A stretch of 64,000 nucleotides of DNA, taken from contig NC_057719.1 in the NCBI RefSeq assembly GCF_004010195.1, positions 69,750,401 through 69,814,400 on the forward strand, in the 5' to 3' direction. Positions 1 to 13,097 of the stretch are shown here, in pieces. Both the position numbers and the translations under genes were made by a program. This stretch comes from Chiloscyllium plagiosum (lineage: Eukaryota). The first letter of the stretch is position 1. The number at the start of each line of letters is the position of its first letter. The notes beneath the pieces are model-generated. The model did no database searches and had not been told where the DNA came from. It was given only the letters and a program-made list of their open reading frames with translations.

Positions 1-930
1 ATACTCAAGAGAGTCAGCATTGAATGAACACAGATATTAGAATAGTTATGGGTTTGAAGGAAACTAGAGAGTTTAAAATTGGGGTATTGCTTAACTGGAA
101 GTTAATATAGTTCCGTGAGCGTGGGCTGATAGATCATTACATCAGTGCAACTTAGAACAGTGCACAAGAGTTTTGATGTTCTCAAATTTATGGAGGGTAG
201 TCCTGAGGAGAAAGTGAGGGTACATTGGAATACTTAAGTCTAATGGTAGCAAAGATGTGGATATGACTTCAGTAACAGATGGATTGAGAAAGATTGAAGT
301 CAAATATGATTCCAAGTTTATGAGCAATCTGGTTTGGTCTTAGTTGCCAAGAAAGGGGGTGACATGGAATCGTTTGTGGCTAGGACTGAAGGCAAAGGTT
401 TTTGATCTTCTCAGTGCTCATTGGGAGAGACAGTTGGAGGTGATTCTTATAGCTCTGATTAGATAGATACAAATGGAATCAGTTGAGAGTAGTCCCATTC
501 AGCTTGATATCAGCAAAAACGTGCTGGAGAAAAGTAATATAGCCAAGCATATCAAAGGGAACAGGCATGTTGAGAAGGATACTAGAGAAGGATAAAAACA
601 GCTAGTTTACCTTTAATACAATCGTGCAGCATGTTGTTTGTCACTTTGATAAGTGCTTTTTCAGTACATTGGCTGGTATGGAAACCCAATTAACCGGGTT
701 CAAGATGGAATTCCAGGAAATATTTGAGAGGTGACAGCGTATTCAAAGACATTGGACAAGGAAGGGAAATTGGAGATAGAGGGCTCAAGGGTGGATTTTG
801 AGGAGGGGAGAGTGATAATACCAACTTTGAAGGAGAGGGAGACAGCACTTGAGATGAGTGAACTGGTAGAAACATCAGCTAGCATGGATTTAAGAGAAAT
901 TTGGTTAATAGTAGCTTAATGAGAATAGAG
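1..930 (-). mobile_element. Degenerate L2-clade LINE ORF2 (RT region) fragment
   Basis: Minus ORF 700..885 LADVSTSSLISSAVSLSFKVGIITL..KSTLEPS-ISNFPSLSNVFE resembles the L2 RT motif LADIVNSSLSSGxVPxxFKxAxITPxLKKPxLDP...ISNLPFLSKVLE. Confidence 0.7.
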
Positions 931-1733
931 TTGAGTATTGTTGGCATTGTTATCAAAACATCAAGCAAATAACACCTGCTCACTTTGAATACCAACTGGT
1001 TGTTGATATCAACTTAAGAGAAAACAGTGATTTGATATTATGTTCCTGCTCTCCATTATTACCTAAGTCAATCTTCATATCGGTTTATGCATTAAGTTTT
1101 AGATGGTAGAGCTATATCCATTGACTTCTAATATTTGCAGATTGCTATAAATTACATCCTTGATTTTAGATATTCATTAGATGTCCTATATTTTGAAATG
1201 ATTTCATCCTGGAGTGCCAAGTAAACTAGCAAAATGTATTCCCTGGCCCATACTGTAAGACTTTCTAGTGATAACTGAAACCAAACTTATTTATCTCTCC
1301 TGAAGGATACAAATGTTTGTAAAGCTGAACAACAAATTCTCAGGGCAAGTCAACAGAAAATAAATATGATTGTGGTCATGACTAAACCATGCAAAATTGC
1401 TGCTAACTGAAGAAAACTGTGAAATCCTATTGAAAACGTATGACATACTTGCTGAATGATGTCTTCGTATCAGATCCAAGATTGCTGTTGTCAATCCAAC
1501 TTGACAAGAAGTTTGATTTTAGCATTTTTGCTTTTTGGTGTAAATAAGTTGTGTTCCATCCAATTTTCTGATTCCTTTATTTTATTTGTCTTTTCCATTG
1601 ATTTTTCATTGTCTTGTCATTGATTTTTCTCTTTGTACCAATATGAATGTTGCTTGCTTTATTATTATCAACTTACTGTCTGGAATACCCAAAATAACTG
1701 CAGGTCCACCTGACAACAGATTTAGGGAAGGAT

Positions 1734-2509
1734 TGTGGTAATCAGTAAACAAAATTGTCTATACTTAAATTATTGTTTTATCTAAAGACATTGAAACCAG
1801 GAAATTGAGTCAACATCAAGAAACTGACATCTCCTGCTTTAATTGACATTTGTATTATAATTTCATCCCGGAGGTTGAAAGACTCTCTTTTCAGTTAGCC
1901 AGCTTGTAAAGCCAATGACAGACAAAGACAAACTAGACTCTTGAATACATATTGCATCCTATTACAACTGTTGCTTTGAGCAGCAGAGGAGAGAGAAGCA
2001 AAATAGATTTTTAAGCAAGGACTGGAAGAGTCTCTCTCCCTTGCTACCTATATTTTCATCATCTCAGGAAATATCACCCAGAAAAAAGGCAAATTGTGGA
2101 AACAACCATTCATCTAGAACTCAAACATGTTCACAAACTTCACTATTACTGAGGATATCAGTCAGCAATTTAAAAAAACTATGGTATTAGGTTGTAATAC
2201 CTCAAGCAGTCCAAGGATATTTAAACTGTTTAACATTTTTTCTCCTCATCTTGTCCATGACAATCTCCCTTGTAAACATATTACCTGTGTGTGTGTGTGT
2301 GTGTGTTTGATTTGCATGCTTATTATTTTTTCTCTTCCTTTCATGCAATAAAACCTTGGCAAGTGGCTTCTTTATTTTCTAGTGAACCTTGTTTTAACTA
2401 AGGTGTGATAGCTGCGTGCTAAAAAAAGTATTAAAATATTTGCTGTGACCAAGTGCAATGGAGGTTAAAAAGAAAGGAGCCAACTCTTCTTCCTCATCCA
2501 GTCAATACA
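1734..2509 (+). mobile_element. Possible solo LTR
   Basis: TG...CA ends, internal (TG)n at 2286-2306 and AATAAA at about 2348. The end 'cttcctcatccagtcaataca' resembles shark LTR termini. No clean TSD seen. Confidence 0.35.
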
Positions 2510-2876
2510 ATATTGTGCCTCACCCAATTCAATAGCAGTCTTTATTAATTCATTCTACATTCTTATAAATCTTTGCATAGAAATCCAACTTTTAAAGTCA
2601 CCCTTTATGCATTCTGTACTAAATCATACAATTCTTTTGAAACCAATTCACTGAACAGTAGAAAAAAAAATCTTTTGCTAATTACTTTCTGAAGTCCTTT
2701 CAAACGTTTCAACACTTCTTTCAGACTTCCCTTAGCTTTGTTAATCCAGTAAATGTGGTCTTAACATTTCAAAACTATCACATATTCTCACCTTTGTGCA
2801 TGAAAGCCATATCAGCAGCACTCACTAACTTGAAATTTCCCCCTGATGTGTAACCTAGCAGATATACCAAGGTATA

Positions 2877-3096
2877 ATTAGAGTGGTGCTGGAAAAGCAC
2901 AGCAGTTCAGGCAGCATCTGAGGAACAGGAAAATCGAAGTTTCGGGCAAAAGCCCTTCATGACCATTCCTGATGAAGGGCTTTTGCCTGAAACATCAATT
3001 TTTCTGCTCCTCGGATGCTGCCTGAACTGCTGTGCTTTTCCAGCACCACTCTAATTGAGAATCTGGTTTCCAGCATCTGCAGCCCTTGTTTTTACC
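2877..3096. mobile_element. Palindromic PLE-terminal-repeat mini-element with hammerhead motif
   Basis: About 85-bp inverted arms (2876-2960 / 2972-3056). 14-bp TSD TATACCAAGGTATA (2863-2876, 3097-3110). Same sequence as the PLE terminus at 27732-27822. Confidence 0.85.
2969..2996 (+). ncRNA. Minimal hammerhead ribozyme-like motif
   Basis: CTGATGA-A-GGGC-TTTT-GCCT-GAAA-C-ATC. Confidence 0.55.
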
Positions 3097-3931
3097 TATA
3101 CCAAGGTATAGGCCCAATGATGTGCAATTTTTTGATGGCAATTTATGTCTAAATACCTGTCTGACATTTTGCAATACGCCTGATCTTAAAATGCTTGCAA
3201 ATAAGCAAACTTAGGCAAGAAAAGGACTCAGCTTACATTAAAAAAATGAAAAATTAATTTTTATCACATCCAACCATCATTCTTGCACATCAGGCACAGC
3301 AATGAGCAATTAGGAATGCTTTATGTAATTTATGCTTATGTCATAAAATTCAATTATAAGGAACAGAAAATACGGTGAGCTTCAGTGAGAATAAGTTAAA
3401 AAGACATATTGAAGAATTTGCATTTTAGAAGAAAAGGTGTTTTCTTTCTTATTGTGCCTGTTAACCTGTGTTGAGGGACATCGGAATAAGTGCTCTTGAA
3501 GTATATTCATATCTGAGAGTTGAAGGCATGTCCTGTTTGTAGGCAGTAGTTTATTCAAACAAAAGGGTTTGAGGGAAGAGTGTAAAATATCATGGGAATT
3601 TGGAAAGTTTATAGTCACGCTGGCAGCTCATTCCATATGTATACTGCCCTCTGTGCAAAAAAGGTGCTCCCCAGGTTCCCTTTTATTCTTTCCCCTCTAA
3701 CTTTAAACTGATGCCCTCTAGTCCTTGATTCCCCAACCTTGGGAAAAAGACTGAGTGCATTCACCCTATCCATGCCTCTAATGATGTTATGCACATGTCA
3801 AAATCCCCCCTCAGTCTCCTACACTCTAAAGAATACAGTCCTAGCTTGTCCAATCTCTCCCTATAACTCAGTCGCTTGAGTCCTGGCAACTTCCTTGTAA
3901 ATTTCTTCTGCACTCTTTTCAGTTTAATAAC

Positions 3932-4031
3932 TTGGAAGTGCCGGTGTTGGACTGGGGTGGACAAAGTTAAAAATCACACAACACCAGGTTATAGTCCAAC
4001 ATGTTTATTTGGAAGCACTAGCTCCTTCATG
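3932..4031 (-). mobile_element. Short PLE-type terminal-repeat insertion in CR1 (hammerhead core largely deleted)
   Basis: TSD AGTTTAATAAC (3921-3931, 4032-4042). Reverse complement matches 50870-50990. Confidence 0.7.
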
Positions 4032-5249
4032 AGTTTAATAACATCCAATCTATAGCAAGATGACAATAACTGAACACAATACTCCAAGTGCAGCCTCACC
4101 AATGTCCTATATAACTGCAGCATACCTTCCCTACTTCCATGCTAAGTGCCTGACTGATGAAGGCCAGTGTGCCAAAAGCTTTCTTCACTGCCCTGTCTAC
4201 CTGTAACTCCAATTTCACAGAACCATGCACCTGAAATCCAAGGTCCCTCTGCTCCACTACACTCCTTAAGGCCCTACCATTCACCATGAAACTTGCACCT
4301 TGATTTGACTTTCCAAAATGCAAGACCTCACACTTATCTATATTAAACTCCATTTGCCATTTCTCAGCCCACTTCCCCAGATGATCAAGATCCTGCTGTA
4401 ATTTCTGATAACCTTCCTCACTGACCACAATACCATCTATTTTAGTGTCACCTGCAAACTTACTAACCATACCTTGTACATTCTCATCCAAATCATTGAT
4501 ATGGTCCCAGCACCGATGCCTGAGGCACTCCACTAGTAGCAGGCCTTCAGTCTGACAAGCATCCTTCTACTATTACTCTCTGCTTCCTACCTTCAAGCCA
4601 ATTTTATATCCAATTTGCCAGCTCTCCCTGGATTCTATGCAATCTAACTTTCCAGAGCAGCCTACCATGTGGAACCTTATTAACGGCCTTACTGCAATCC
4701 ATAAAGACCATGTCTATCTCCCTGCCCTCATCAGCCTTGCTGGTCACTTCATCAAAGAACACAAAGAAATTTGTGAGACATGATCTCCCACACAGAAAGC
4801 AATGCTGATTATTCCTAATCAAAGCCTGTCTTTCCAAATGCATGTATACCTTATCTCAGAACCTTCTCAAGTAACTTACATATCACAGATGTTAGCCTTA
4901 CTGGTCTATAATTCCCAGGTTTATCTTTGCAGCCCTTCTTGAATAAGGACACAACATTTGCTACCTTGCTGTTGTCCGGGACCTCACTCCGACTAACAAT
5001 GATGAAAATATATCAGCCAAGGTCCTTGCAATTTTTTTCTATAGCCTCTTGCAGGATGTATCTGGTCAGGACCAGGAGATTTATCCACTTTCATACATCC
5101 TAATATGTCCAACACTGCCTTTACTGTCCCAAGACTTCTCCAAGTTCCCAAGTCTTCATGTGTTTCTCCACAGTAAACACAGAGCAGAAATATTCATTGA
5201 GGACCTCACCCAGCTCCTGCGGTTCCACATATACAAGTCCACTCTGGTC

Positions 5250-5324
5250 CCTGAGGGGTCCTGTTCTCTCAATAGTTATCTTTTTCCTGAGGGGTCCTGT
5301 TCTCTCAATAGTTATCTTTTTCCT
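5250..5324. repeat. Exact 36-bp tandem duplication
   Basis: CCTGAGGGGTCCTGTTCTCTCAATAGTTATCTTTTT x2. Confidence 0.95.
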
Positions 5325-7129
5325 TTAATATACTTAAAGAATCTCTTAGATTCACCCTAATCTTCTCAGCCAAAGCTATCTCGTATTCCCTTTTCACCCA
5401 CATGATTTCCTTCTTCAGTAAACCTCAATATCCCCCAAATACCTCCAGGGATTCCCTTGATCCCAGTTACCTGTATTTGAACTATGTCTCTTTTTTTCTG
5501 GTCAAAGCCTCAATATCTCTGATCATCCAGGGTTCCCTACTCCTGCCAACCTTGTCCTCCACCTTCACAGGAACATGTAGACCTTGAACTCATGTAGGCC
5601 TGCAAGCAAACTCTTCCAATCAACCCCTGCCAGGTCCTGTCTAATTCCATCATAATTCGCCTTGCCCCAGTTTTGAACTTGAAGCTGTGGACCAATTTAT
5701 CTAAACAGTTATATAAATACTGTTGAAAGAAACACATTTATATCTGGCCTGAGCTTATAAGAATCGACAAACAAGGCCAGAATATGGTAACACCAGGGCA
5801 AAACGAATCCAGAGTGGATGGTGCTTCCCACTGAAGAGACGTGAAAAGACTTCCCAAAGACGCTCATTTGAAGCTTTATCTGAAGTGCAGTTCACTCCAA
5901 CATGGCAGTATGTTCCTGCCAGCAAAAAGTCCTCAACAAACTGAAGAAGAAAAAAAACATGGAAATTGCACACTCTCCATGTCATGTGACCTTGCGGCAG
6001 TAATCAAAGATTTGAATCAGGATTTTTGATCTGTCAACATAAAGACAATAATTTTGATATCAATTTTCATCTTGTGTCAGAAGCAGCTTTTACTGTACTA
6101 ATTGAGATTTTAGAATAGATTGACACTGTACATCTTCAACTATTAGATATCAGGCTCCAGGATCCCCGAGACAGAACCCACCCAGTCAAAACGTATTTTC
6201 TAGCAACTCTTACCTATGATGGTAAAGTTATTAATGAGCTGAAATTAGTTTTGTGGAATCAAAACAGATCCTTGTTGGATTGGTAGGTTTTCTACATGGT
6301 GGTTCAGGACTTTCCATGCAAACAAAAATGACTGACTTCCATTTTATGAGAAATTATCGGAGTCTGTACAGAAAGATGAATGCTCATGTCAATCAGATTG
6401 ATTAATATTCTGTCAAGAAATAATCCAACTTTTCCCAGCTTTTGATCAGCTTCATGTTAACCTTCATCCCATCAAGCTTGAAGAGGATGAACCTATCTCA
6501 CTAAAAGCTGTGATCTTTGTAGCAGCAGGTATCATGAAAGAAGAGGCCGATTAAAATTTCACCAAAAGGGAGCACTTTATAACACCAAGCAGTCTTGATC
6601 CTGATTCAGCCACCCAGAGATATTATTCCTTTCCAGATCAAGTCTAAGGTGATGATGGTCAAAGAGAACTGTGATGTAAACACCGTGGTTCACTATTTGA
6701 ATTATCAAACTGGGGAGAGATGTAGGCTTGGAAATACTTTCAAATATTTTCATGAAGCCATTAATCTCTGCTAAAAATGTTTGAAACTGGGTATGTACTC
6801 GTGAAGAGTTGTGGAGATAGTGGCTAAGAAACAGAGAGATCAGCCTTTGAGGTAATGTGTGACCTAACTCTGATATCAGACTGATGTCAGAGAGACTCCG
6901 TTAGACATTTGGAGTGAAACTTGCTTGGGTCAGAGACATCTTCTACAAGTTCATCATGTACATAGTGCAAATACTGTGTGAAGCAACACATTGAGAAGTG
7001 GCTGGAGTTTATCTGAACAGAAACATTCAAACACATGCCCACTGCAATCTTTTAAGTAAGTCATTTATTACCAAGTTGCACATATCTCTGGGTGCAAGTA
7101 TGGAAGAATCTCTAGGTCAGCAAACTAAT

Positions 7130-7275
7130 TTTCTATTTCTTTATTTTTTTATTTATTCCCTAAGAATTTGTACTTGAGCTATGTATCCAGGTACTTTTGT
7201 ACCTAAGATGGCACTGTATGTGGCAACTTGTAAACTTTTCCCTGTACTCATTTGAATATCAATAAAGCTAATTAT
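7130..7275 (+). mobile_element. 3' end of a non-LTR element (related to 54232-54370)
   Basis: 'gtacctaagatggc...aaacttttccctgtactcat...aataaag' matches the reverse complement of 54265-54345. Confidence 0.5.
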
Positions 7276-8899
7276 AATTCTAAGATTCTAACTGTAGCAG
7301 AATCAATGTTTTATATAGTTTCTATTCCATAATATCACAGCTCACTCTTATTCATTCAGATAAATAAATCTCAAATCCAATTTGCTGTATTGATGACAAA
7401 CTGATTGTCTCTGCCAAAAATAGCAAATAAATAATTCACATTTTGCAATATTGAAAATTCTCTAATTGACCTCACTGCTGTAGCCACCTTCAAAACATTA
7501 TACACAGGACTTTGCCAGCTCACATTGCGCTGACTCCAAGGAACAATGCAGAATGAACTTGCAGCCCACTGCTTGTGTTGTTTGTTTTTTTACTTTATGA
7601 AGATTTGTGATTCCTGTACTGACATGGGCATGCATTTCTGAAAAGCAATTAGCCTTCTGTTCTGCTGAGCAAATAATGCCACAAGGCAGCTCGGGTTTAT
7701 TAAGTCAGAGTCGCTCTTGCATTTTGTTCTGCTTAAAAAAAGATAGAGCATCTGTCAATGGATTCAGAAGAGCCATGCAGTGAAGAGAATTTTCCAAAGG
7801 TTTCACCTGTTCATAAAAAAATCAGCAATTGATGACAAATGTTCCCACTCAATATAGAGTTGTGCAGAGAAAATATTTTCACTTAAGGAAAGAAGAGTAA
7901 GGTGAGATATCACTTAGGCCTTCACAACAATGAGGGGTGCAGGTTATGATATTTGTTTATGTGAATGAATTTGAGAAGAGACTTCACTTTGGAAAACCAA
8001 CATATTTTCCAGTGCAATTTACAACTAGAGCAGAAACTTTACCTCTGTATATGTAAAGTGATCAAACCTCAGTGGGAATTGGTGATCAGAGGAATGTAAT
8101 GAAGCTGCTAACAAACATATAGCAAAAACAACTGATGCCCTATGAACATCTTCTACACAGACGTTTAATGAATATCTAGAGCTGAGAACAAGCTTGAATC
8201 TTTGTACTAGACATTGTAGATTGATGAAATATTGTATTAGAAATGGTACTTCCTGAGCTGCTGGGGTTGTATTGGATTGTAATCCCTGGTGGGCCATAAT
8301 GCAGTAATGAGACTGTAGGATAAATGAATATCATATAGATTTACTTCAATGTCTCTGACCGCCATGGGACATTCACATACTAGCGTTATGATCATGCTAA
8401 AATATGGACTAGCAATTTTCAATTTCATCATCTGATTTTAATATCTGGAACCTTCAGGGAAAAAATGGTTTAAAATGGAAAAGTAAAATGACTTAAAATT
8501 GCTGGAGCAGTCAGATGACTACATGTTGAATCAGCTCATTAGCTTCTCAATGAACAAGACCTAATCTTCATCAAAAGTTAACCTCATTATGAAAAGACAT
8601 TAAAACTCAGATCTTTAACTATTATTTGACTTATATGGTTTGTGCAAAAGTGTCACATGTTGGGATGGAAGAGTCACCTGCAAACTATCCATCCTGAAAA
8701 AAAAATACAATGAAGCCAGACATAGGAATACACATATGGAGTGTAATTCAAGTCACTTTTTTGACAGTGCAGATGAGAGTACAATTGGATTTGTAAAAGC
8801 AGAACTGGAATTTTTCTCCCTGTTTTCTTGCAGTCTCTAGTGGGAGCAAATTAGTGAAATATCAATTCACCAAAGACTCAAAGCTATGTGAAATATTTG

Positions 8900-9098
8900 T
8901 GAAACAAAAAAAAAGAACTGAGGGTGCTGAAAAATCAGAAATAAAAACAGAAATTGCTGTAAAAACTTAGCTGGTCTGGCAATATCTGTGGACAGAATGC
9001 AGAATTAATGTTTTGTGTCCAGTTAATTTTATTTTCTCTCCACAGATGCTGCAGGACCTGCTGAGGTTTTTTTTCCAGCAATTTCTGTTTTTGTTTAC
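8900..9098. mobile_element. Older palindromic PLE-terminal-repeat mini-element
   Basis: Inverted arms aaaaacagaaattgctg...tctgtgga / tccacaga...cagcaatttctgttttt. Flanking AATATTTG direct repeat. Related to 35690-35830. Confidence 0.7.
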
Positions 9099-9293
9099 AA
9101 TATTTGCTACTGCTGAGGATACATGGCCTCAGTTTCAAACTTAAATTTCAAAGGACTCAAAAAAACTTTTTAAAAAAATCTTCCTTTTTATACCACACAC
9201 TATCACGTTCTTAAAACTTTATATTGGTATTTGTGTATATGTTGGATGTTATACCTTTATCATTTTCCTTTCCTTCACTCAATTCCAAGTATT

Positions 9294-9492
9294 TTCATAG
9301 ATTATAGAGTCCCTACAGTGTAGGAACAGACCATTTGGCGCAACAAGTCCACACCAATCCTCTGAAGAGTAACCCTCATAGACCCATTCCCCTATCCTAT
9401 TACCCTACATTTACCTCTGACTAATCCACATCCCTAAACACCATGGGAAATTTAGCATGGCCAATTCACCGAAGCTGCATATTTTTGGATTG
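9294..9492 (-). mobile_element. HE1-like SINE, 3' fragment
   Basis: Aligns with 53147-53295 (aacaagtccacacc...tttagcatggccaattcacc). Confidence 0.8.
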
Positions 9493-10306
9493 TTGCTGGT
9501 TGGATTAGTTTTGATGCCAGAAAACTAATGAACCACATTTTAAATTGACGTGACGTATGTCTTCATAGTGAAAATCCTTTTTGTGGCCAACCAAAACGAT
9601 TGAAATGATGGGAGATCATACATCCCTCTTCACCTGGAGTTAAATAGGGGTGATGTATTTGATACAATAGATTGCACATGTTCTATAGAAAGTGAAGGAT
9701 TGTACGGCCAGATAATTGTTTCGTAATTAATGCTTCTTTATATTTTGTCTTTTTTCTGTAGAGGGTTTTATCAGTCTTATTGTTGATATACAAATGGCCA
9801 AAATGTTATGTTTTGGATTATTAATAAGCATGAATATGTCAGACCTGGCTTGGTTCTCACTCATAATTTTGATTGGTTTAAGTCTAAATAAAGATCAATT
9901 ATTACACAAAACCGCTCCAATTGTCCATGTCCTTTGTACTAAATATTCACCTTAATGGAAAAGTTAACACAGAAACACTTCAGGCACAATGAAGTCACTA
10001 ATGGTCAATTTAGAGGATGGAGCAGGATAACAGATGAAGCAAGTGGGAAATTGAGTTCTGCTTAATGAATGAGTTATACACTAGGCTTTTCTCATAAGTT
10101 TAAATCAATACCCTTTGTGCAGTTTTATTCATTAACTGGCAAAGCATCCAGATTAGAATATTACTCACCCAGCTTTAACAACTCAGTGTTTATTATGCCA
10201 TGGATATGGAAGATAATAAATGCCCCTCCAACCTCTTATCTAAGATAGTTTAGTGTGACAGCATGTCCAATACAACAGAAACAATATACCTTCAAGTAAG
10301 TCTTCG

Positions 10307-10516
10307 GGCACTTTGCTCAGTTGGCTGGATGACTGATTTGTGATGCAAAGTGAAATAAACACAGTGAATCCAATTCCTGTGCCAGTTGATGTTACCATGA
10401 AGAACTCTCCTTCTCAACCTCTCCCCTCACCTGAGGTGTGGTGACCTTTAGGTGAAAACACCTCTAATGAGAGAGCAGCCTATGGTCTAGTGGGACTTTG
10501 GTAAATTTACCTTTAC
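10307..10516 (+). mobile_element. tRNA-derived SINE
   Basis: A/B-box-like head. Same family as 58381-58597 (gttaccatgaag...ctctaat...tttacctttac). Confidence 0.7.
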
Positions 10517-11864
10517 ATCAGAGTGAACTTCCTTCAGGTTACACATATGTAATGCCTTGAAATATGGAATCAAAGCTGAAAGATAAACCATTAAGAAAAT
10601 GTCACTGGATCTGTCTATAATATAAATTTACATCCCATGGATTGATAGCAGTAGGACAATTCCTGAGTTCAAGTGATGAGAACAAACTGCCTTGAATATC
10701 ACTTGAGTTGCTTATGATTTTTCTGAATTTCTTGAGTGGAACTATTGCCTTGCAACAAAGTAAGGAGCAGTAATTATTCTTTATGTTATTACATCCAAAA
10801 ATACAGGTAGGGTAGTGCTCTTGTTCATATATACCAAATGGATTCTGATTTTAATTAATATAGAAAATAAATATGAAGGATTATTTATTAGCAGTTCGCA
10901 GTAAAATGATCAACATCATTTATGTTGTATAAATTTAGATTAGTATTCACAGATGTTGAATATCCACACCTCATACATAAATATTTCAATGCAAATTAAT
11001 TGAACGCTAGCAACAAATCATTGCATTGTGAGAGCCAATTAATAACAGCAGAAGCAAGTAATCACATCCTGTCGTAATCAGCACACATCTGTTTCGGAGA
11101 GCTGCTATCTTGCTTCACTATGCAAATGCATTTGGAGTCAGTTTTCCCTCTTGTGCACTTATTTGTTGTCCACCTGTTTTTCATCAGTTACTCAGTATTC
11201 AGTCACTGTTTCTCAACAGCTCTGGGTTCTGACACTCTGGCTTAGTAGGAGACACATCAACCTCATGGGAGCAAGATACCATTTTGTGTACATGTTCTTT
11301 TGGCAGCTCAGTCTACTCTCAGCCGCAACATCTCAAATATCAGGATAATGGATGGCTATCAGTAACCAGGTGTTAATGTCACTTTACAATATAACATAGA
11401 ACCATGTTTTGCCAACATTATTTTTTTCCCATATCTTCTTGCACTATAAGTCTACAATTTCAGCAAAATAATTTTTAATGTCATAACTGGTGTTATGCTA
11501 AACTGTAAGCAGAATATTACAAAATTTCTGATGATGCTGAGGTTCATTTTAAGCAGGTATTAAATGTATACCTCATTAAACATTCAAAAAGACACAATGC
11601 TTAATTTGCTGTAGTATTCAGTTCTGATCACCTAATTTCTCATTTCAGCTGGAATCACATCAAACATTTTAACCTGGTTTTTGCCGTAATGACTTTTGCA
11701 GAATACACGCTTGATTAGATTCAGAGAAAGATTTTGTAGGAATATTGGCTAAGATCTGAAAACACAATGAGCTGCTCGCTCATTTAAATGATTACAACAT
11801 CCAGTCAATGTTAAGTGAGGTGAGACTGAATGCCTTTTACATTAAGATAGCATTTGAATGATTA

Positions 11865-12215
11865 TTGCACAAAAGAGCCCTGGCAACACTGGAGTTGATA
11901 AGAATCAAGGGGGAACCTATCTATCTGCTGGTTGGAGTTGTACATAGCACAAAGGTGGTTGTGGTTTTGCAGCTCAATCATCTCAGATCAAGGCCATCAC
12001 TTCAGGAGTTCTTCAGGGTAATGTCTGAATCTAACAATTTTCAGCTGCATCATAAATGTCCTTTCCCTACATCATAAAGTCAGAAATGGAGATATTCATG
12101 ATCATTGTACAATGGTTAACACTATTCTAATATCCTCAGATATTGAAACAGTCTGTTTCTATATGCAGCAAGACCTGGCCAATGTCCAGCCTCATGCTGA
12201 TAAGTAACAAGTTAG
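11865..12215 (+). mobile_element. Old CR1/L2-group LINE RT fragment
   Basis: Degenerate GVPQG...FSCxINDLPSIIxSExxxFxDDCT region. Confidence 0.6.
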
Positions 12216-12824
12216 TTACGTGTCCCCTCCTCACATTTCACTTCTTTGTCTTCCCCACATCACATATCTTCCATTGATTCTTAAGCTGTACAGTGTATGA
12301 TATAAGCAGTTGCATTCCCCTTGTCCTTATCCCAACCCTATTCATTTTTTTTTCCCGTTGAAATGCTCAAGTACTAACTGTTACCTGGTCAGTGGTGCAG
12401 GAGAGTGAAATGGAAGAGGAGGTTGATTCTGATAATGAAGAAATATCATCAATTGATTTCAAACCCACAGCCACCAGGTCAGATACTGCAAATTCATCAA
12501 CTCTAGAGGATAACATAAGAATGAGTCGCTAGGTACAAATAGCTTCCAACCAGCACATGAGCAAAGTGTAGCACCAGCTCACTAAACAGTAAGATTACAT
12601 ACGTTCTCTGCTAGAGTGGAGTCCTGTGAGGACATCAATGTTATGCATAGAGGAACATCTGATGGCTATTTGTAATCAATCTTTGATCGAGTGACGGCCC
12701 TCCAGAAAGGCTGTAGTCACTGCCAAGGAGCAAATAGGAGTCCAGCACCAACATAGCCCTTGCACAGAGGCATTTCACAGAGCTCAGAGCCCTTCTTTCC
12801 AGCCTAGAAGACAGGAACATACGC

Positions 12825-13097
12825 ATTAAGAGTAAGAGTTGACCATTCAGCCATTTGAGTCCGGGGTTCGGACATTCAACAACATCATAGTTGATCTAAT
12901 TGTGATTTCAATTCTACTTTCCTGTCTGGCCTGACAACCCTAGACACCTTTGTCAATCAAAAATGTATTTAATTCACACTTGAATATATCAATGGCCAAG
13001 CCTCCACTGTTTTCGGGGGAAGAGAATTCCACATGGGAACAACCCTTTGTAGGGAAAAAAATCCACTAATCTCCATCTTAAACGGGTACCCTCTTAT
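12825..13097 (-). mobile_element. Old CR1 3' end, host of the 13098-16470 insertion (continues at 16470-17345)
   Basis: CR1 3'-type sequence. 'ccct..tatc' recurs on both sides of the younger insertion. Confidence 0.6.

Larger units (their letters stand above)
3615..5715 (-). mobile_element. CR1-clade LINE, 5'-truncated and decayed
   Basis: Minus ORFs include NQHCFLCGRSCLTN, VFMDCSKAVNKVPHGRL, VSKFAGDTKI, WQMEFNIDKCEVLHFGK and LGLYSLECRRLRGD. Confidence 0.93.

Noticed and set aside
5740..7060. Coding-like composition
   Set aside because: No sustained ORF or recognisable motif. Probably a very old element that I cannot classify.
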